From NCBI GenBank assembly GCA_013265495.1, contig MU057947.1, positions 1,511,070 through 1,575,069 on the forward strand: a stretch of DNA of 64,000 nucleotides. The letters run 5' to 3'. Below the pieces are notes generated by a model. That model saw only the letters and a list, made by a program, of their open reading frames with translations. It did not search any database and was not told the origin of the DNA. Every line of letters starts with the position of its first letter. Position 1 is the first letter of the stretch. Below are positions 11,694 to 24,351 of the stretch, one piece after another. The translations under genes and the position numbers were made by a program. The DNA comes from Vicugna vicugna. Its lineage: Eukaryota.

Positions 11694-12364
11694 CTTTGGG
11701 ATTTTGAGCTACAATTCAGTTAAAGAGAAGCAATGAGGACTCACGTCTTTCCAATGTTTTCCTTAAGCTTCATGAAGTAATGATGTTACAAAATGGCATG
11801 TTATTAAAGAAAAATTTAAATGTACTATGTATGCACTATAAAATATAACATCACACAAAACAATTTCACGTATTTTTAAACTTAACTTTGTCAACTTGGA
11901 TCTATTTTGGGCAGTGCAGAAGCAGAACTCAAATATCTAATTTCTCTGGTATGTCTGGTAATTAATGTCAAAATGCAGCATCAGGTAGTTTTTTTGACAT
12001 AAGTGGAACATCCATAACCTCATAAATTTTTTCCCACTTGCTCTGGAACACATTGGTGATCAAGAGATAGCACCCTGGTCTTGGATATAAAGCCCCTTCC
12101 CGTTGTGGGGCTGAGAACAGGGCAGGACTTCATCAGCAGGTTGCTTACCCAGCTAGTGAGGGTTCTAGAGAGGAGACAGCAGGACTCACATACCCTAAAC
12201 TGTCCTTGTCATTGGGGGCTGCTCAGTCATCCTAGACAAAGCACTCGGTTTATCTGACTGGGGAACTCCTATGGGGCTGCCTTTGCCCCCTCACTGTCTG
12301 AACTTCTGCTCCATGTGAATGTCTTTGTAGTTTTAAACATACTGATTTTGAATGAACCAACTCA

Positions 12365-12470
12365 TTCCCTAACTAGACTTGAACCCTGGTACCTGTGTGT
12401 TCATCTCAGTGTCTAGAATAGGTGTTCAGGACATAGAAGTTGTTCAGCAGATGCTTGTGGTGTGAATCAA
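12365..12470 (+). mobile_element. LINE-2 3' end fragment
   Basis: 'ccctaactagac...gttcatctcagtgtctagaataggtgttcaggacatagaagttgttcagcagatgcttgtggtgtgaa'. Confidence 0.45.
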
Positions 12471-13984
12471 ACAAGTGAGGGCAATTGACAGCATCAACCA
12501 CTGACCAAGCAACTGAGAGGGACATTAACCCAGGGGCCTGGCATCAGCACCAACACCTGGTGCCAGAATATAAAGAAAGGCAGATGATTTTTTAAAAAAT
12601 TTGATCTATAGATCCTCCCTGGGGACATGGAAGTACAAAGCCAATCAGAGACCAAACAGGTAAAGGAGAAACCTCAGAGATACCCCCTCCCCCAGGCAGT
12701 GGGGTGGCCATGATCCTGACTGCCATATGTAGTTGTCAAGTCAGCTCCTCACCCCAGAAACCCTCTTAGCAGCTCACGATCCATGCTACATGAAGACTGA
12801 GGCTCTGCATGTGTCAGAGGTTCAGTTTCAGGGACCTATACCGATGCTCTGCAGACATCTCTCCCTAATTTCTGCCGCTCCCATCTAAACAGCTAAAGAA
12901 AAAAAAATCCCTTATAAATAAATCAGCCAAAAGAATTGCAAAAGCTGTTTTGCATTCAAAGAATCTCCTGCAGCTTTTAAAAACAGGCTGTTTTCTGTAA
13001 TAAGAGAAGTGACTATCTTACAGAAGGTTAGCAACTCCAGGCCCATAAATCCAGGGACTGCTAAACATAGCATGGAAAGGCTCCCCATTCATTCAGGTCC
13101 CCCATTTCTCCATTAAGCTGCTAACGAGGTCATTAACAAGGCACCCAAAGCCGCCCACCAGCCCCGTGCTCTAGCTCACCAGATGGATCCGGAGCTGGGA
13201 GCTTGGGATGATGGACAGTGCACCTCCTTTCCTGGGGCACGTTCTGGGGATGATGTCTCGTGAGCCTGTCCAGGCTCACAATAAATAAGCACTTGGTAAT
13301 TTTCTTTAGAAAGATGGATGTGGTCGATGCCCTAACAGTTTACTGGGGGGTTACAGTGAGTGGTACCACACGGATCAGTCACGCTGGGAGACAAGAACAG
13401 AGGACGGTGATTGTAGCTAATACCTGATTCAACAGAGAAGGAGAAATGCAATTTCCCCAATAGCTATTGGATGCTAGTTGACATATAATGTGTGCATGTA
13501 CGTATTTGTGTGTGCACACACATACACACACTCTCTCTCCCATGCTTCCCCCTGCCCCTGCTTTCCTGAGCTCTGGTGGTCGATGTGAGGTGGGGTGTGG
13601 ACACACCCAGGAAGAGCTGTCGGTGGACTCAGTGCAGCATCAGCAGGAAGGTCTCACAGTGAATGCTGGCTCCGTCGAAATCCCACCAGTGTGAGCCAGC
13701 AGGTGCGCAGACACGTCAGTCAGCCTCCTCACTGCTGTCCAGAGTGGAGCGTTCGCTGTTGGGCATGTCCACAGCCCCACTTGTCCAGGTCATACCTCGC
13801 TCCTGGGTGGCGCTCGTGACCCTCACAGACAGTCCTGAGAGCCCTTACACCAACAAGACTAATACGGAAGGGACGAATGGACCAGTGTGCGTGCCCCTTC
13901 CTTTGCCCTGCTTGCCCCTTGGCTGCCCACCCCGCCCCAGTCACTGCTGCCCCCTCCCATCTCTCCCACTGGTCCTCGCCTAGG

Positions 13985-14895
13985 TGCTCACATCCCGTCC
14001 ACTAAGCTATTCAAGACTCAGCCTTTGCTGTGAACTTTGGCTCCTCCCTCTGCCTCATCACCCCACCTCTCCCCCAGATTGATCAGTTGCCAAGTGCTGC
14101 CAACTTTAAATCTGAAACATCCCTTCAGTCTCCTCACCTCTCGAGTCTGGGACGTGGCCCTGTCTTTTCAGTCACCGCACTGCCTCTGTACCAGGGTCCC
14201 CTCACTATCCACACTCTGGCCAGCGTGGTCGTGCTGAAATGTCAACCTGGTTGTGGTCTCTTTCACTGGATTCTCTTTACAAATCGTAAGAAAAATCAAA
14301 GCTCCTTCAGGTGGGCTGGAGGGACACGGCCACCACCACAGTTGGCAACTTTGTGACCGAGTGGCCTATGTGTTCACGTATTGATGACACTGAGACACAG
14401 TATTACATTCAGCCCATGTGGGTGGGTGCTGACTGTGTCACAGCTCACAGATCAGGAGTCTGAGGGTTAGGGGAAGTCGGCGCAGTGACCACTGCGTCTG
14501 ACTCTGAGGCCATTCTCTCTATGCTAGAGCCCATCTCCTCACCTGCCTTCCTCACCCCTTGCCATGAGCCGCCTCATGCCCACATCACAGCCAGTCCCCA
14601 CAGCTGCCTCTGGAGCTCTGCTCTTGGACTCTCTACCCACAGGGCCACCTTCATTTGCTTGGAGAACTTGTATCTATCCATTAGCTCCCAACTCCACCGC
14701 CACTTCCTCCAGGAAGCCCTCCTTAATCCCCCTGAGTAATGCAATAGCATTTCCTGGCATTTGTCCACACCACAGAAGGGGCCTTGTCTACTTTCTGTAA
14801 ACCCACGGAAGCTTCCTGTGGGCAACAGATGTCTCCCTTGAGCATTGCTGTTTTGGTAGAACTCAACTCGCAGTGGATGCTTTGAAGAGATGAAC
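13985..14895 (+). mobile_element. LINE-2 fragment
   Basis: Pyrimidine-rich L2 motifs 'cagttgccaagtgctgcc', 'aaaatcaaagctccttcag', 'cacttcctccaggaagccctccttaatcccc' and a degenerate tail near 14890. Confidence 0.55.
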
Positions 14896-17800
14896 AGACG
14901 AGGATAAAAACTGGGGGGCCTTGATTAAGTTTGTTGTTAAAACTCAGATGTGTGTTGGACTCGAGTTGTCGAAGAGGGGTGCTCCTGGAGAGAGCAACGG
15001 ACCCAGGCACATCCCTGCATTCGAGAAGCACCCGTTTGCTTAAAACGTGGAGTTGCACCAACCATTTGTGGGCTTCAGATAAGCCCCTTCCATCAGGATT
15101 GGGTGGGCCGGGGTCATCTGTACCTGTGAATGTGGGCACCTTTGACCTGAGGGAGATCTCAAGGAGGAGGGGTGGGCAGACTGTGTAATTTGCACCTGAG
15201 GTGTTTGGCTGGGAACTAGGCTGGAGCTGATCTATAGACCACAGGCACTTTGCTTGCGGCTGAAGATGCTTCAAAGGCCTCTTCTTACGGCTCTCTCCTT
15301 AGGTTCTGTCCCAAGGTCTAAGGCTCTTCATGGGGGTGGGGATGGGGCAGGTGGGATTCACCACCTCTGGGAGGCATGCAGGCATGCTCGTTCATCATGA
15401 CTCACTTTGTGATGCTCACATTTGACTTCTGGGGCAGTTCATCCCTATTCCAAGCTTCTGCCAAGATCTTACCTTTATCTGTAGCCACCGCCTCTTCTCC
15501 AGAATGAGGGCCTACCTTGGCCCTTGTCTCTGAGGAGTTCACATGTGACACAGCCTGGTCACAAGAACCTATCAAAGAGAAGGACCTGTAGCCTCCTGCT
15601 ACATCTGCAGGAGATGCATGAGGAATTTAGTGGGCAGTTTTTCTGTGTCATAAGGTTGGGATGCATCTCAAACTTCCCGTGGGCCTGGATAGCCATTGGT
15701 GGTGGCACGTGCTTTTATCACGAGCCTTACAGCCCTTCTCCGTGTCACTCTGCAGGTATGGCGCCCGACGGGCTGTGGTCTGTTCCGCTTCTCTCCACAG
15801 AGGTGGCTGATGTTAGGCAACCAGACCAGCTTCGTGTCTCTAACTTGCTTTTGCCCTGAAGACACTCAGTTCCATGTGAACAAACAGGAAGGAAGATCTG
15901 GGCATGTTTCTGCCCTGGTGACCTCAGCCCATTTGTCTCTTTGCTCTTTCCTTAGACTGGAACCACTGGGAAGGCAGTGGAGGCTCCCAGGGCAGCCCTC
16001 TGAGGCGGCTGCAGCAGCTGGTAAAAGGGGCCCCAGCAGTGTCTTTCCAGGGGTGAATACAAGTCAAGAACCAGAGTGGCCCCTGTCCCCATTCTCCAGA
16101 TCTGTCAGCCTGGGAGCCATGGTCAGGCTGAGCTGGGAAGCTGTGGAGAATGTGATCCATTTCAACTTTGACAGAATGATGTTAGAAGGGAAAATGTCCC
16201 CAGTTGGCAAGAATTGCAAGTTAAAATGTAAGGCAACGAATGTGCCTGAAAATGAAGCTTTGGAGTGGAGGGCAGGGGACATGTAGACTATGGTGAAGGT
16301 GAGACCAGATGAGTGAACGAAGGGAAGAATGGCCAGGGGGTATCGCAGGGCTGAGCCAACAGAGGAATTGGAACAGCACGGGCCAGGGAAGCTGCCAAGT
16401 GCAGCATCACAACCCGCCAAGAAGGGGCTGTTCCCTGAACGCCTTCAATGCTGCAGAAAAGTCGGGGAGGATGTTGGCATGGGGAGGGCCTGCCATATCC
16501 AGGAGAAAATCTCTTTGGGTAGAGGGTTGGCACCCCTTCCTGTGTAATAATGTGAAGCAGTGAGCATCACCAGGTCGTAGGCATGCAGAGGTGTAACAAA
16601 AAGTGGGTTTGGATGTCGCTGATTGCCAGTGGGCGCCTTGGAATTTCTTCTAGGACCAGAGGGGGCTGGGTGTTTGGTCCCTGGTGGTGAGTATGTTTGA
16701 CACATGGAGGAGGCCACTCTCCTCATTGCAGAGGTTGGGGACATGCAAAGTGAGATGGGGCAGAGAGCAGGGCTGCAGGTTGCAGGAGAGATGGTGAGGA
16801 GACACTCTGGGGGAAGATGAAAGACTTTCCAGAAAACAGCCACTAAGTCCCACGCCTAAGGACTGGAGTTTCTGTGTGTCCTCCTGCTGATTTACAGATG
16901 GGAGCAGGGAAGTCAGGGGTGGGAGGGAGAGGAGGATGGGGAGTGCTGAGGGCTGCACGTCCGCTTAATCACCATCCATCTGTCCTTCTCTGGCTGCTAT
17001 GTGCTCGGGGGAGACCTCCGTGAGCATGAGCCTGTGAGGATGAACAGAGATGCTGTGTTCACATGCACTTTGGGAGTAAAAGCGCTACATAAATACGCAG
17101 AGTGAGTACAGACTCAAGGCAGAATTTATTTCAGAAACGCAGCCTGATGCTCTGGGAGGCTGGGGATGCCAGCACATTACGTCGTCCTAGTGATGTGTTT
17201 GTCATTTGAATGGTTCATCTCTGCTTCCCCCAAGCTGGCCAGGCCCAGAAGGAAGCAAAAATAAATCAGCAGGAGATTGTGTACTTTCTACAACGTCAAA
17301 CAATGTTTCCCATGTTGAAGTTGAGAGAAAACGAATTCCTCTCATTTTCCAGCCAGTGGCAGCACAAGTGCGTCTCCCAAGGTGTCCGGCGGGGAGTGGG
17401 GAGGTGTCTGTGGGGCCAGTTTGGAGAACGGTCGTAGCCATCTCTAGTCTGGCTTCTCACTGATGCTCCTGCCATCAGACATCCGGCCCGTCCAGCTGCC
17501 TGTCCCACCTCAGACGGCCAGGCACGCTGGCCTCCGTATTTGCTCCCTATAAGCCAAACTTGTGGGCCCCTGGTCTTTTGTTCGTCCACCCCGGCTCATT
17601 TACTTGGGGCAACTCTTCCTTTGCAAGTCATAGTACAAAAGCAGGAGACGAGGGACCTGGCATCCTCGTGGGAGGCAGCTGGCACTGGCAGGAAGATGCT
17701 GACCAGGGAGCCTGGGGAGCCCCTGGCCCTGTTACGGCCCAGCTCATGCCTCCAGCGGGAAAGGTTAGCTGGGAATGTGCACCTTAACTTGCCTTCAGAT

Positions 17801-18249
17801 GAAGTCAAGCAGTGGAGCTGAGCTAGACCCTCTCAGGCTGTGAGGGCAGCGTCTGGCTTTATTGTACTGAAATGCCTTCTACATAACATTGCATTTCTCA
17901 GCTGACATCTCATCCTCATCCTGGAGGTTGAAGCCCATTGACACCTGAAAAAAGTAGCTCAAATTATCTGTGTCAGGGAGCCCTGCCTGTCACCTGCCTT
18001 CAAACCAAGGTTACTGGGTTGCTCGAATATTCTGGGGGTTCAGATGGTGCGGCTCTTAGTTTGGGCTTCCAAAGGGCTCCGCGGCCATTCACGTCTGTCA
18101 CCAGGCGTCCTTCTGAACCAGCAAAGTCACGCCCGCCTCACCCTCCTCTCGGGCGCCCTTTTGTACGTCGGCAAATCAGCTCATTTCCTCCTTGACGTCT
18201 GAGATAATTAAGTGACAGCCACTAAATGACGGACGAGAAGCACGAGGTA

Positions 18250-18430
18250 CTCAAAGGAGCCTCCGTTGCCGCCGCCCAGCCGCGTCTGCAGCGCCGCGCG
18301 TCAGCGGAAGCCGGGCGCGCCGTCCGCGGGAGGCTCCGCCCGCCTGTGTGTCCCCGGGTGGAAACGGTCAGCTTCGCGAGCCACGTCTGCACCCCCGGCC
18401 GGACGAACGGCCGGGGCCGGGGCTGGCTCG
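18250..18430. promoter_or_regulatory. Small CpG-rich patch flanked by AT-rich TF-motif clusters
   Basis: Dense CpG (gccgccgcccagccgcg...gggcgcgccgtccgcggg). Upstream TGACGTCT, TAATTA and TGACAG at 18193-18218. Confidence 0.4.
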
Positions 18431-19269
18431 GTTTATTCAAATAATATTCAAACTCACTTTTGAACGCGCTCATTTCAGAAGTAAGACTACAGCTCTACAG
18501 GTGATTATTCGAAATCCTTCGCTCTTCCGCATGTATGCAACAGGCTCTCTCTTTGCGCAAAAAATTAGAAGGTACAGAAACCTTCAAACCCCTGCCAAGC
18601 TTACTGTTTCCTTACTCTCCCTTTTCCCACTGCAGGAGATGGAAATAGACCCAAAACACATCTTACAGCAGGAGGCTGGGTTGGCAATACTCCTTTACAA
18701 TCTTTGTGTTGAATTATTCATGTGTTTGAGAAAATGTACCTGAACTACGTGAGACGTAAAGAGCGATGAGATGAGCAGCAGTGGGCCCGTTGCCCTGCTT
18801 CCAGAGAAGGACGTCAGGTGCGGTCCCTGAGCCGCCATCCTTGTCACACCTCCCCCGCCCCCTGCCCCCCTGAACTTTGTGTTTGTCATTCTGCTCGTGA
18901 GTCCATTTCCATAAATAAAATGTGATTGCTAACTTCCTAATTTTGAATGATAAAGCTGAGTAGAAAAATAGCTAGTCTTGAATACACAAGTTCTCTGTAA
19001 GGGCAGAGAGCCATCCGCAACTGTCTTCTGATAAGCACGATCAGTTGCCTCTGATCCTTGAATGAAACCATCCTGCTTGCCCGTCTGTCTGCGCCGTGAA
19101 GTGTCCGTGGGCCCCTGGGTCCGCGTCCGGGCTATTTCCTCTTGCCCTCTGTTGTCCTTCTTCGCCCCAACTCCTCATCCTCCAGTCACTACAACTTCAT
19201 AAGGTAAAATCCCTGCCATGTGTCTGGGTACCTTTATGTAACTGCATCTTCTCTACGAGTGTCTTCACT

Positions 19270-19560
19270 ACTTTTCTCTGCTTTTCCACATACTTTTTAG
19301 ATTTAGTTTATGAAGTTCCTTGAAAAACCCTGTTGAGATTTTGACTAGAATCATCCTGAAAAATTAGACCAGTTTGGGGAGATTTCTCTGGTCTTGCAAT
19401 ATTGAGTTTTATTATCCACGAGCCTGGTGAGTCTCCTCACTTTTTTATGTTTCCCCTAATGTCTTTCACTGAAGTATACGAATTTTTCCCTTGAAAGATG
19501 ATTCATTTCTGTGGTTAACCTAATTTTAGGTATTTTATATTTTTAGTGCTATTATAAATC
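19270..19560 (-). mobile_element. L1 ORF2 fragment (post-RT region)
   Basis: 'ctgttgagattttgactagaatc...agtttggggaga...caatattgagtttt...tccacgagcctgg' is homologous to 6865-6970. Confidence 0.65.
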
Positions 19561-19566
19561 ATATTG

Positions 19567-19680
19567 CTGTAAGTCAGGGCAGGATATGTTATGTGTAGTA
19601 ACAAACAGCCCCCAAATCTCTTAGTGGTTGAAACAAAAATTTTAATCTTCACTCACATGACATGCACACAGGATTAGCCA
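19567..19680 (-). mobile_element. MaLR LTR fragment (MLT1J/K-like)
   Basis: 'gttatgtgtagtaacaaacagcccccaaatctcttagtggttgaaacaaaaat' matches the antisense end of MLT1. Confidence 0.55.
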
Positions 19681-20569
19681 GGAACATTTTCCCCAAAGAT
19701 ACGAATACCTCATCACAGCTGGGTCTTCAGAAACCTCACGTCTGTCCTCACGCGGACCCTTCCCCGGGAGGGAGCTCCCTTGCTTGCTCTGAATCAAAGG
19801 AGCAGAGACCCAAGTGCCACTAATGTCGGGGATGCGGGATTTGTTAAAGTCACAGTTGAGGCTCTATGAAGCCAACTGTTTTACTGGAGAGTTTTCCTTT
19901 TTAAAAGGATTTTATCTTCTGAAGCCAGCCCTTGCTGGGGGTTGGGGGGGAGGGGGAGGGGAGATACACTTGGGCAGGGGCCCTTCCCATACGTGTTGTT
20001 TCTCCGTGGCCCGTGGGGACATCCAGGCGTGCAAAGGGGAACCAAGGCAGAGAGTAGAGAAGGTTTGACTGGGCCCCTTGCAAGTCCCTCTGCTTACAAG
20101 GCTGCTGGAGCCAGGGTCCTGGGGTGGGTTTGCCCAGAAAGACCTGTGAATGTCCTCGGGAGGCGCATCAGCTCCTGCCAGACTCCGTCAGTGAACCTCC
20201 GGGCCAAGCAGGTCTCCTCTAGAAAGCCTGCAGGCACTCCAGTCTCAGCGGACAGGGCCAGGACTGGTCTCCTGAGATGCTGAATTCACTTTTCCCAGGG
20301 ACAGGTCATCGGAGACTTAGGACGCTTACCTCTGCCACCCAACCCAGTAGATCATGAAGGCACCCAAAGCAGCTCTTCCGTAAAAGAAATGGTAAAAGTT
20401 CAACCTGAGCCCCCTGCACAGCGGCCCTTCTGCCCCTGGCATTCTCCCAGGAAAAGCACCAACACACGTCCCTGCAGAGAGCTCAGAGCTGGGGATGGTC
20501 CAGTGTCCACCCGCTGGGTGGGGGGCGATCAAAATGGGCCGCGTCTGTGCCGTGGAACCCTACCAGAAA

Positions 20570-20965
20570 GTTCTGGAACGTGGCCGAGCCTCAAAGACAT
20601 GCTGAGTGAAAGAAGCAAAGGACGCTACACTGCATGATTCTATTTGTAGGAAACGTCCAGAAAGGGCAAATGCGCACGTGCAGGAAGCAGCCCCGGGCCT
20701 GCTCGGCTCTGGAGACTGAGCTGCGGGCGAGGGGGCTCGCTGGGAAGAGAATGTCCTGCCTTTGCCTGGTGATGGCTACACAGCCCCGAGCTTGTAGATG
20801 AGGCGCAGTTGTATTGCTCTCCTCAATTTTGTTGTAGATAAACTCTCAACAAATCTCCTAAGTGCATCTGAGGCGCTGTGTGTGTTTGTCCAAACTTGTC
20901 AAACTGTACATTTGAAAGGATGGACTTTACTGTGTGTAAACTTGCTCTCAATATATCTGATTTTC
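20570..20965 (+). mobile_element. L1MB/ME-type 3' UTR fragment
   Basis: 'ctcaaagacatgctgagtgaaagaagc...ctgcatgattctatttgtaggaaacgtccagaaagggcaaat' and the terminal 'aaactgtacatttgaaaggatggactttactgtgtgtaaac'. Confidence 0.7.
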
Positions 20966-21159
20966 ACAATGGAATATCCACAGTTGAGTTTAAGACCCCA
21001 AGGACCTTGTCAGCCTGATGACCATGAACCTGAGAGACAGAGCCGCTCCCCGCCCTGGAGCAGGTGCAGAGAAGTTCCCAGAGATGGGAACACAGCATGG
21101 CGCCCTGGGAGGCTGGCCTTGGTTGCCCTGTCTGCTCTGCACGCTGGCCCCACTCATGT

Positions 21160-21237
21160 GTGGCTTGTGACCCTGGGACACAAACCCTGGGGAGTTGTCT
21201 CTTCTTGCTGGGCCTCCGTTTTCTCACCTATAAAATC
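21160..21237 (+). mobile_element. MIR core fragment
   Basis: 'tgtgaccctggg...ctgggcctccgttttctcacctataaaat'. Confidence 0.35.
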
Positions 21238-21699
21238 ACTGATAGGACCCAGGCCGTGGGACATTCAGTCACCTGCAACGGAGTGACCTCTTCCAAGTCA
21301 CAGCTTCTATGGATATTACCCACTCCTCGAAAGAGTGAGATCTGGCAGTGCACAAAGAAGAGGAGCTATGGGGACCCCCCCCCTTCTGGTTAGGGGGCAG
21401 ACATGGTGAGCAGGTGGGAGGCACCGCTCCCGCCCTGGGCCCGCTTCTCCGCCAGGACCACCCGCGGGCCCCTGAGGTCTGGGCCTCGGCTGCCGCATCC
21501 TGGGCCAGTAGAACGTGCAGGGAAGTTGTGCTGCTGCTTTCTGGGCCCAGGACTCAGGGGCACTTCGGCTTCTGCTTCAGGAAACACTCTTTCTGGGAGC
21601 CCTGAGGTGCTTCTGCCCTGAGACACTGAGCCCTTGGCCCTCAGGGCTGCGCGGCCATGCTGCTGGGGACCCCGTCACGTGGGTGAGTGAGCAACACTG

Positions 21700-21842
21700 A
21701 GGACCCTCAGTTGTCACTACAGCAAGGAGCCTCACCCAAAGCCGAGGACTGCCTGGCTCTGGACCACGCAGGTCGTGAGCTACAGCAAAATGCTCCGGGT
21801 GTTTAGCGGTGGCCTGTGACATGGCGGTAATCAGGCGGAACA
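21700..21842 (+). mobile_element. MaLR (MLT1) LTR 3' fragment
   Basis: 'ctggctctggaccacgcaggtcgtgagctacagcaaaatgct...gtgacatggcggtaatcaggcggaaca' resembles an MLT1 end. Confidence 0.35.
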
Positions 21843-22049
21843 GGGGGGCATCAGAAGTCCCCTGGTCCCATGCTGCCTTCTTCTACACACACTCTGGTGG
21901 GCCACAGCTGCTGCCTCTGAGGGTGGAGGAGGCCCGGCCTCTCATGTGTACAAAGAGTCATGAGTCTGGGTGGCCCAGGACAGTCCCAGCATAATTTTTA
22001 ATAGCTCCCTCTTTCCCTGTCAAAAGGGAAAAAATACTATAAGAGACTT

Positions 22050-22690
22050 ACCTTAAAAAACTAAAAATAGACTTACCATATGATCCAGCAATCCCACTCC
22101 TGGGCTTATATCCAGAGAAAACTCTAATTTGAAAAGATGCAATGTTCACAGCAGCACTATTTACATGGAAACAACCTAAATGTCCATCAACAAATGACTG
22201 GATAAAGAAGACGTGCTATATTTATACAGTGGAATACTACTTAGCCATAAAAAAGAATGAAATAATGCCATTTGCAGCAACATGGATGGACCTGGAGATC
22301 GTCATTCTAAGTAAAGTAAGTCAGACAGAGAAAAAAACCCACCATATGATATCGCTTATATGTGGACTCTGAAAAAAAGACACAAATGAACTTATTTATG
22401 AAACAGACTCACAGACAGAAAACAAACTTATGGTTACCAGTGGGGAAAGGAGGGAGGGAGGGATAAATTGGGAGTTCAAGATCTGCAGATACTAATAAAT
22501 ACATATAAAATAGATAAACAAGTTTTTACTGTACAGTACAGGGAACTATAGTCAATGTATTGTAGTAACCTATCATGAAAAAGAACATGAAGGGGAATAT
22601 GTGCACGTGCACGTGTGGCTGCAACATGACTGTGCACCAGAAACGGACACAACAGTGTCAACTGACGATACTTCAATTTAAAAGAATGCA
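22050..22690 (+). mobile_element. Younger 5'-truncated L1 (ORF2 C-terminus plus Artiodactyla/camelid-type 3' UTR)
   Basis: ORF 22142-22372 [23 protein letters not shown]...[21 protein letters not shown] is the L1 ORF2 C-terminus. 3' UTR 'gggataaattgggagttcaagatctgcagatac...acagggaactatagtcaa...tacttcaatttaaaa'. Confidence 0.95.
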
Positions 22691-24284
22691 AATTTTAAGA
22701 AGAACCTGGTGAGTGATCGCTGATACAAGCACCCTCCTGCGGGGCTTTCTCGGGCGCTGTGGGGTCGAAGTTTCTGTGCCCCTGCTAAATGAGCGCTCTG
22801 GCAGCTGGACCGCCTGGCTCCGGGAGAAAGGCTGACCTCTTGCTATGCTTGGGGGGCCTCGGGCTGTGGCAAAGCAGAGCCAGTGGTCACTGTGTCCTGA
22901 CTTTGCCTAGGGTCAGAGAAAGCATTTCACTGCCTCCTGACAGCAGGCTCAGGCTGGGGCTGGTGCAGCACCGCCCTGGGTGCACTGGCCTGGCTCCCTG
23001 CCCTTCTGTTCCAGCGCGAGTCTGCTGCGTGCCTCCCGGAGGCCACCTCACCAGGAAAGAGTTGTCATGGATCCATCTCGAGGAGTGTCCAGGTCCCACG
23101 CCCCCTTAACTGCCCTCGTGCATTTTCAGATTATCATTGAGGAAGCTCAGAACCCACCTTGACTGGTGGCCCTTTTCAGAGAAGGCGTATTAAATCATGG
23201 TCTCGTCAAGTTCCTTAAACCAGTAGAGTGCGCTGTGAGAGACAGTCACCTCGAAGCTGAGGGGTGGATTTTATGGACACTTGGTCTGCAGCTGGGACAT
23301 GTGCAAATGACAAGGAGGAGTGGAGTGAAAAAGTCACCCCATAAAAGTAATTTACTGAACCATACATGTGCAGCTGTTCAGAAAGAGATATTAAACCACG
23401 ATCTCCACTTGTATACTTTTCTCCCAAATGCTGTTGGATACAAAACTGGTGACATAGAGACAAAATTTACCCATAAAATTAGTTTTTGACATGACAGAGT
23501 GTCCATTCTCCAGCCATCTCGCCGCTGGGCATGTGTTTTTGGAAGACCTGGATTCTGTGTTTGATCTTTTTCTAAAATGAGACATGAGGCACATTTGCTG
23601 GTCTGTGTATGGGAGAGATGCTTCCCATCCCAGGAGCAGATGGACACAGTTCTGATGCACATAATGGAACAAATTCAGTTCCAGTCTGAGGAGAGGGCAT
23701 CCTGCCTTATGGACTGTCGGTAGCAATCCAACCAGAGAAAGAGATACACGTCCACCCATATCCGTCACGCTTCTGGGACTCAAACATCTGTGCAGAGAGA
23801 ATCTCAATAAAATTTTTATCCAAAGAGAAAGTGGCAATATTACATTTATACATTTATTTCCAGATAAAATAAAATTGATCAAAGTCGATGCCTTAATGAC
23901 ATGTTAGGGGTTTTCACCAGAGACATACGCCACACATGATTTCTTCTTGGAAAACCACACACTAAGCTGTCTCGAACAAGAAGCCAAAAGATTAATTAGT
24001 TTTCACCCTGAATGAAATACATTTGTAGCCCTTAATGGTTCAAAAATTTAACATTTATTTCAAATTTCTTCACTCAATTCAAGGGATTTAGAGTGATATT
24101 GAAGAACAGCATATGAAGTAACATCCTAACTTTCTTGACATAGACATTCTTGCTGGGAACTTCTGCCCAACATCCCAGGAATCAATAACTTCTGTGCCGC
24201 CTAAAGCCATCAAGAGAGGGGATATGCTAGCATATTATCCCATTTCTTTTTATGTTTTCAAATTTTATTTATTATTTTACGTGT

Positions 24285-24350
24285 ACATATTGAGTACCTA
24301 CCATGTACTAGGTACGTTTCTAGGTACTGGGGATCTGGCAGAGAGCAAAA
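24285..24350 (-). mobile_element. LINE-2 terminal fragment
   Basis: 'atattgagtacctaccatgtactaggtacgtttctaggtactggggat'. Confidence 0.5.
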
Positions 24351-24351
24351 T

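Noticed and set aside
19936..19962. G-quadruplex-capable G runs (also ~41697, ~41846, ~48057)
   Set aside because: Expected at this frequency in GC-rich mammalian DNA, with nothing tying them to a function.
20330..20404. Possible minus-strand exon ending GAG|GTAAGC
   Set aside because: The candidate acceptor lacks a polypyrimidine tract, the peptide is unrecognised and there are no partner exons.
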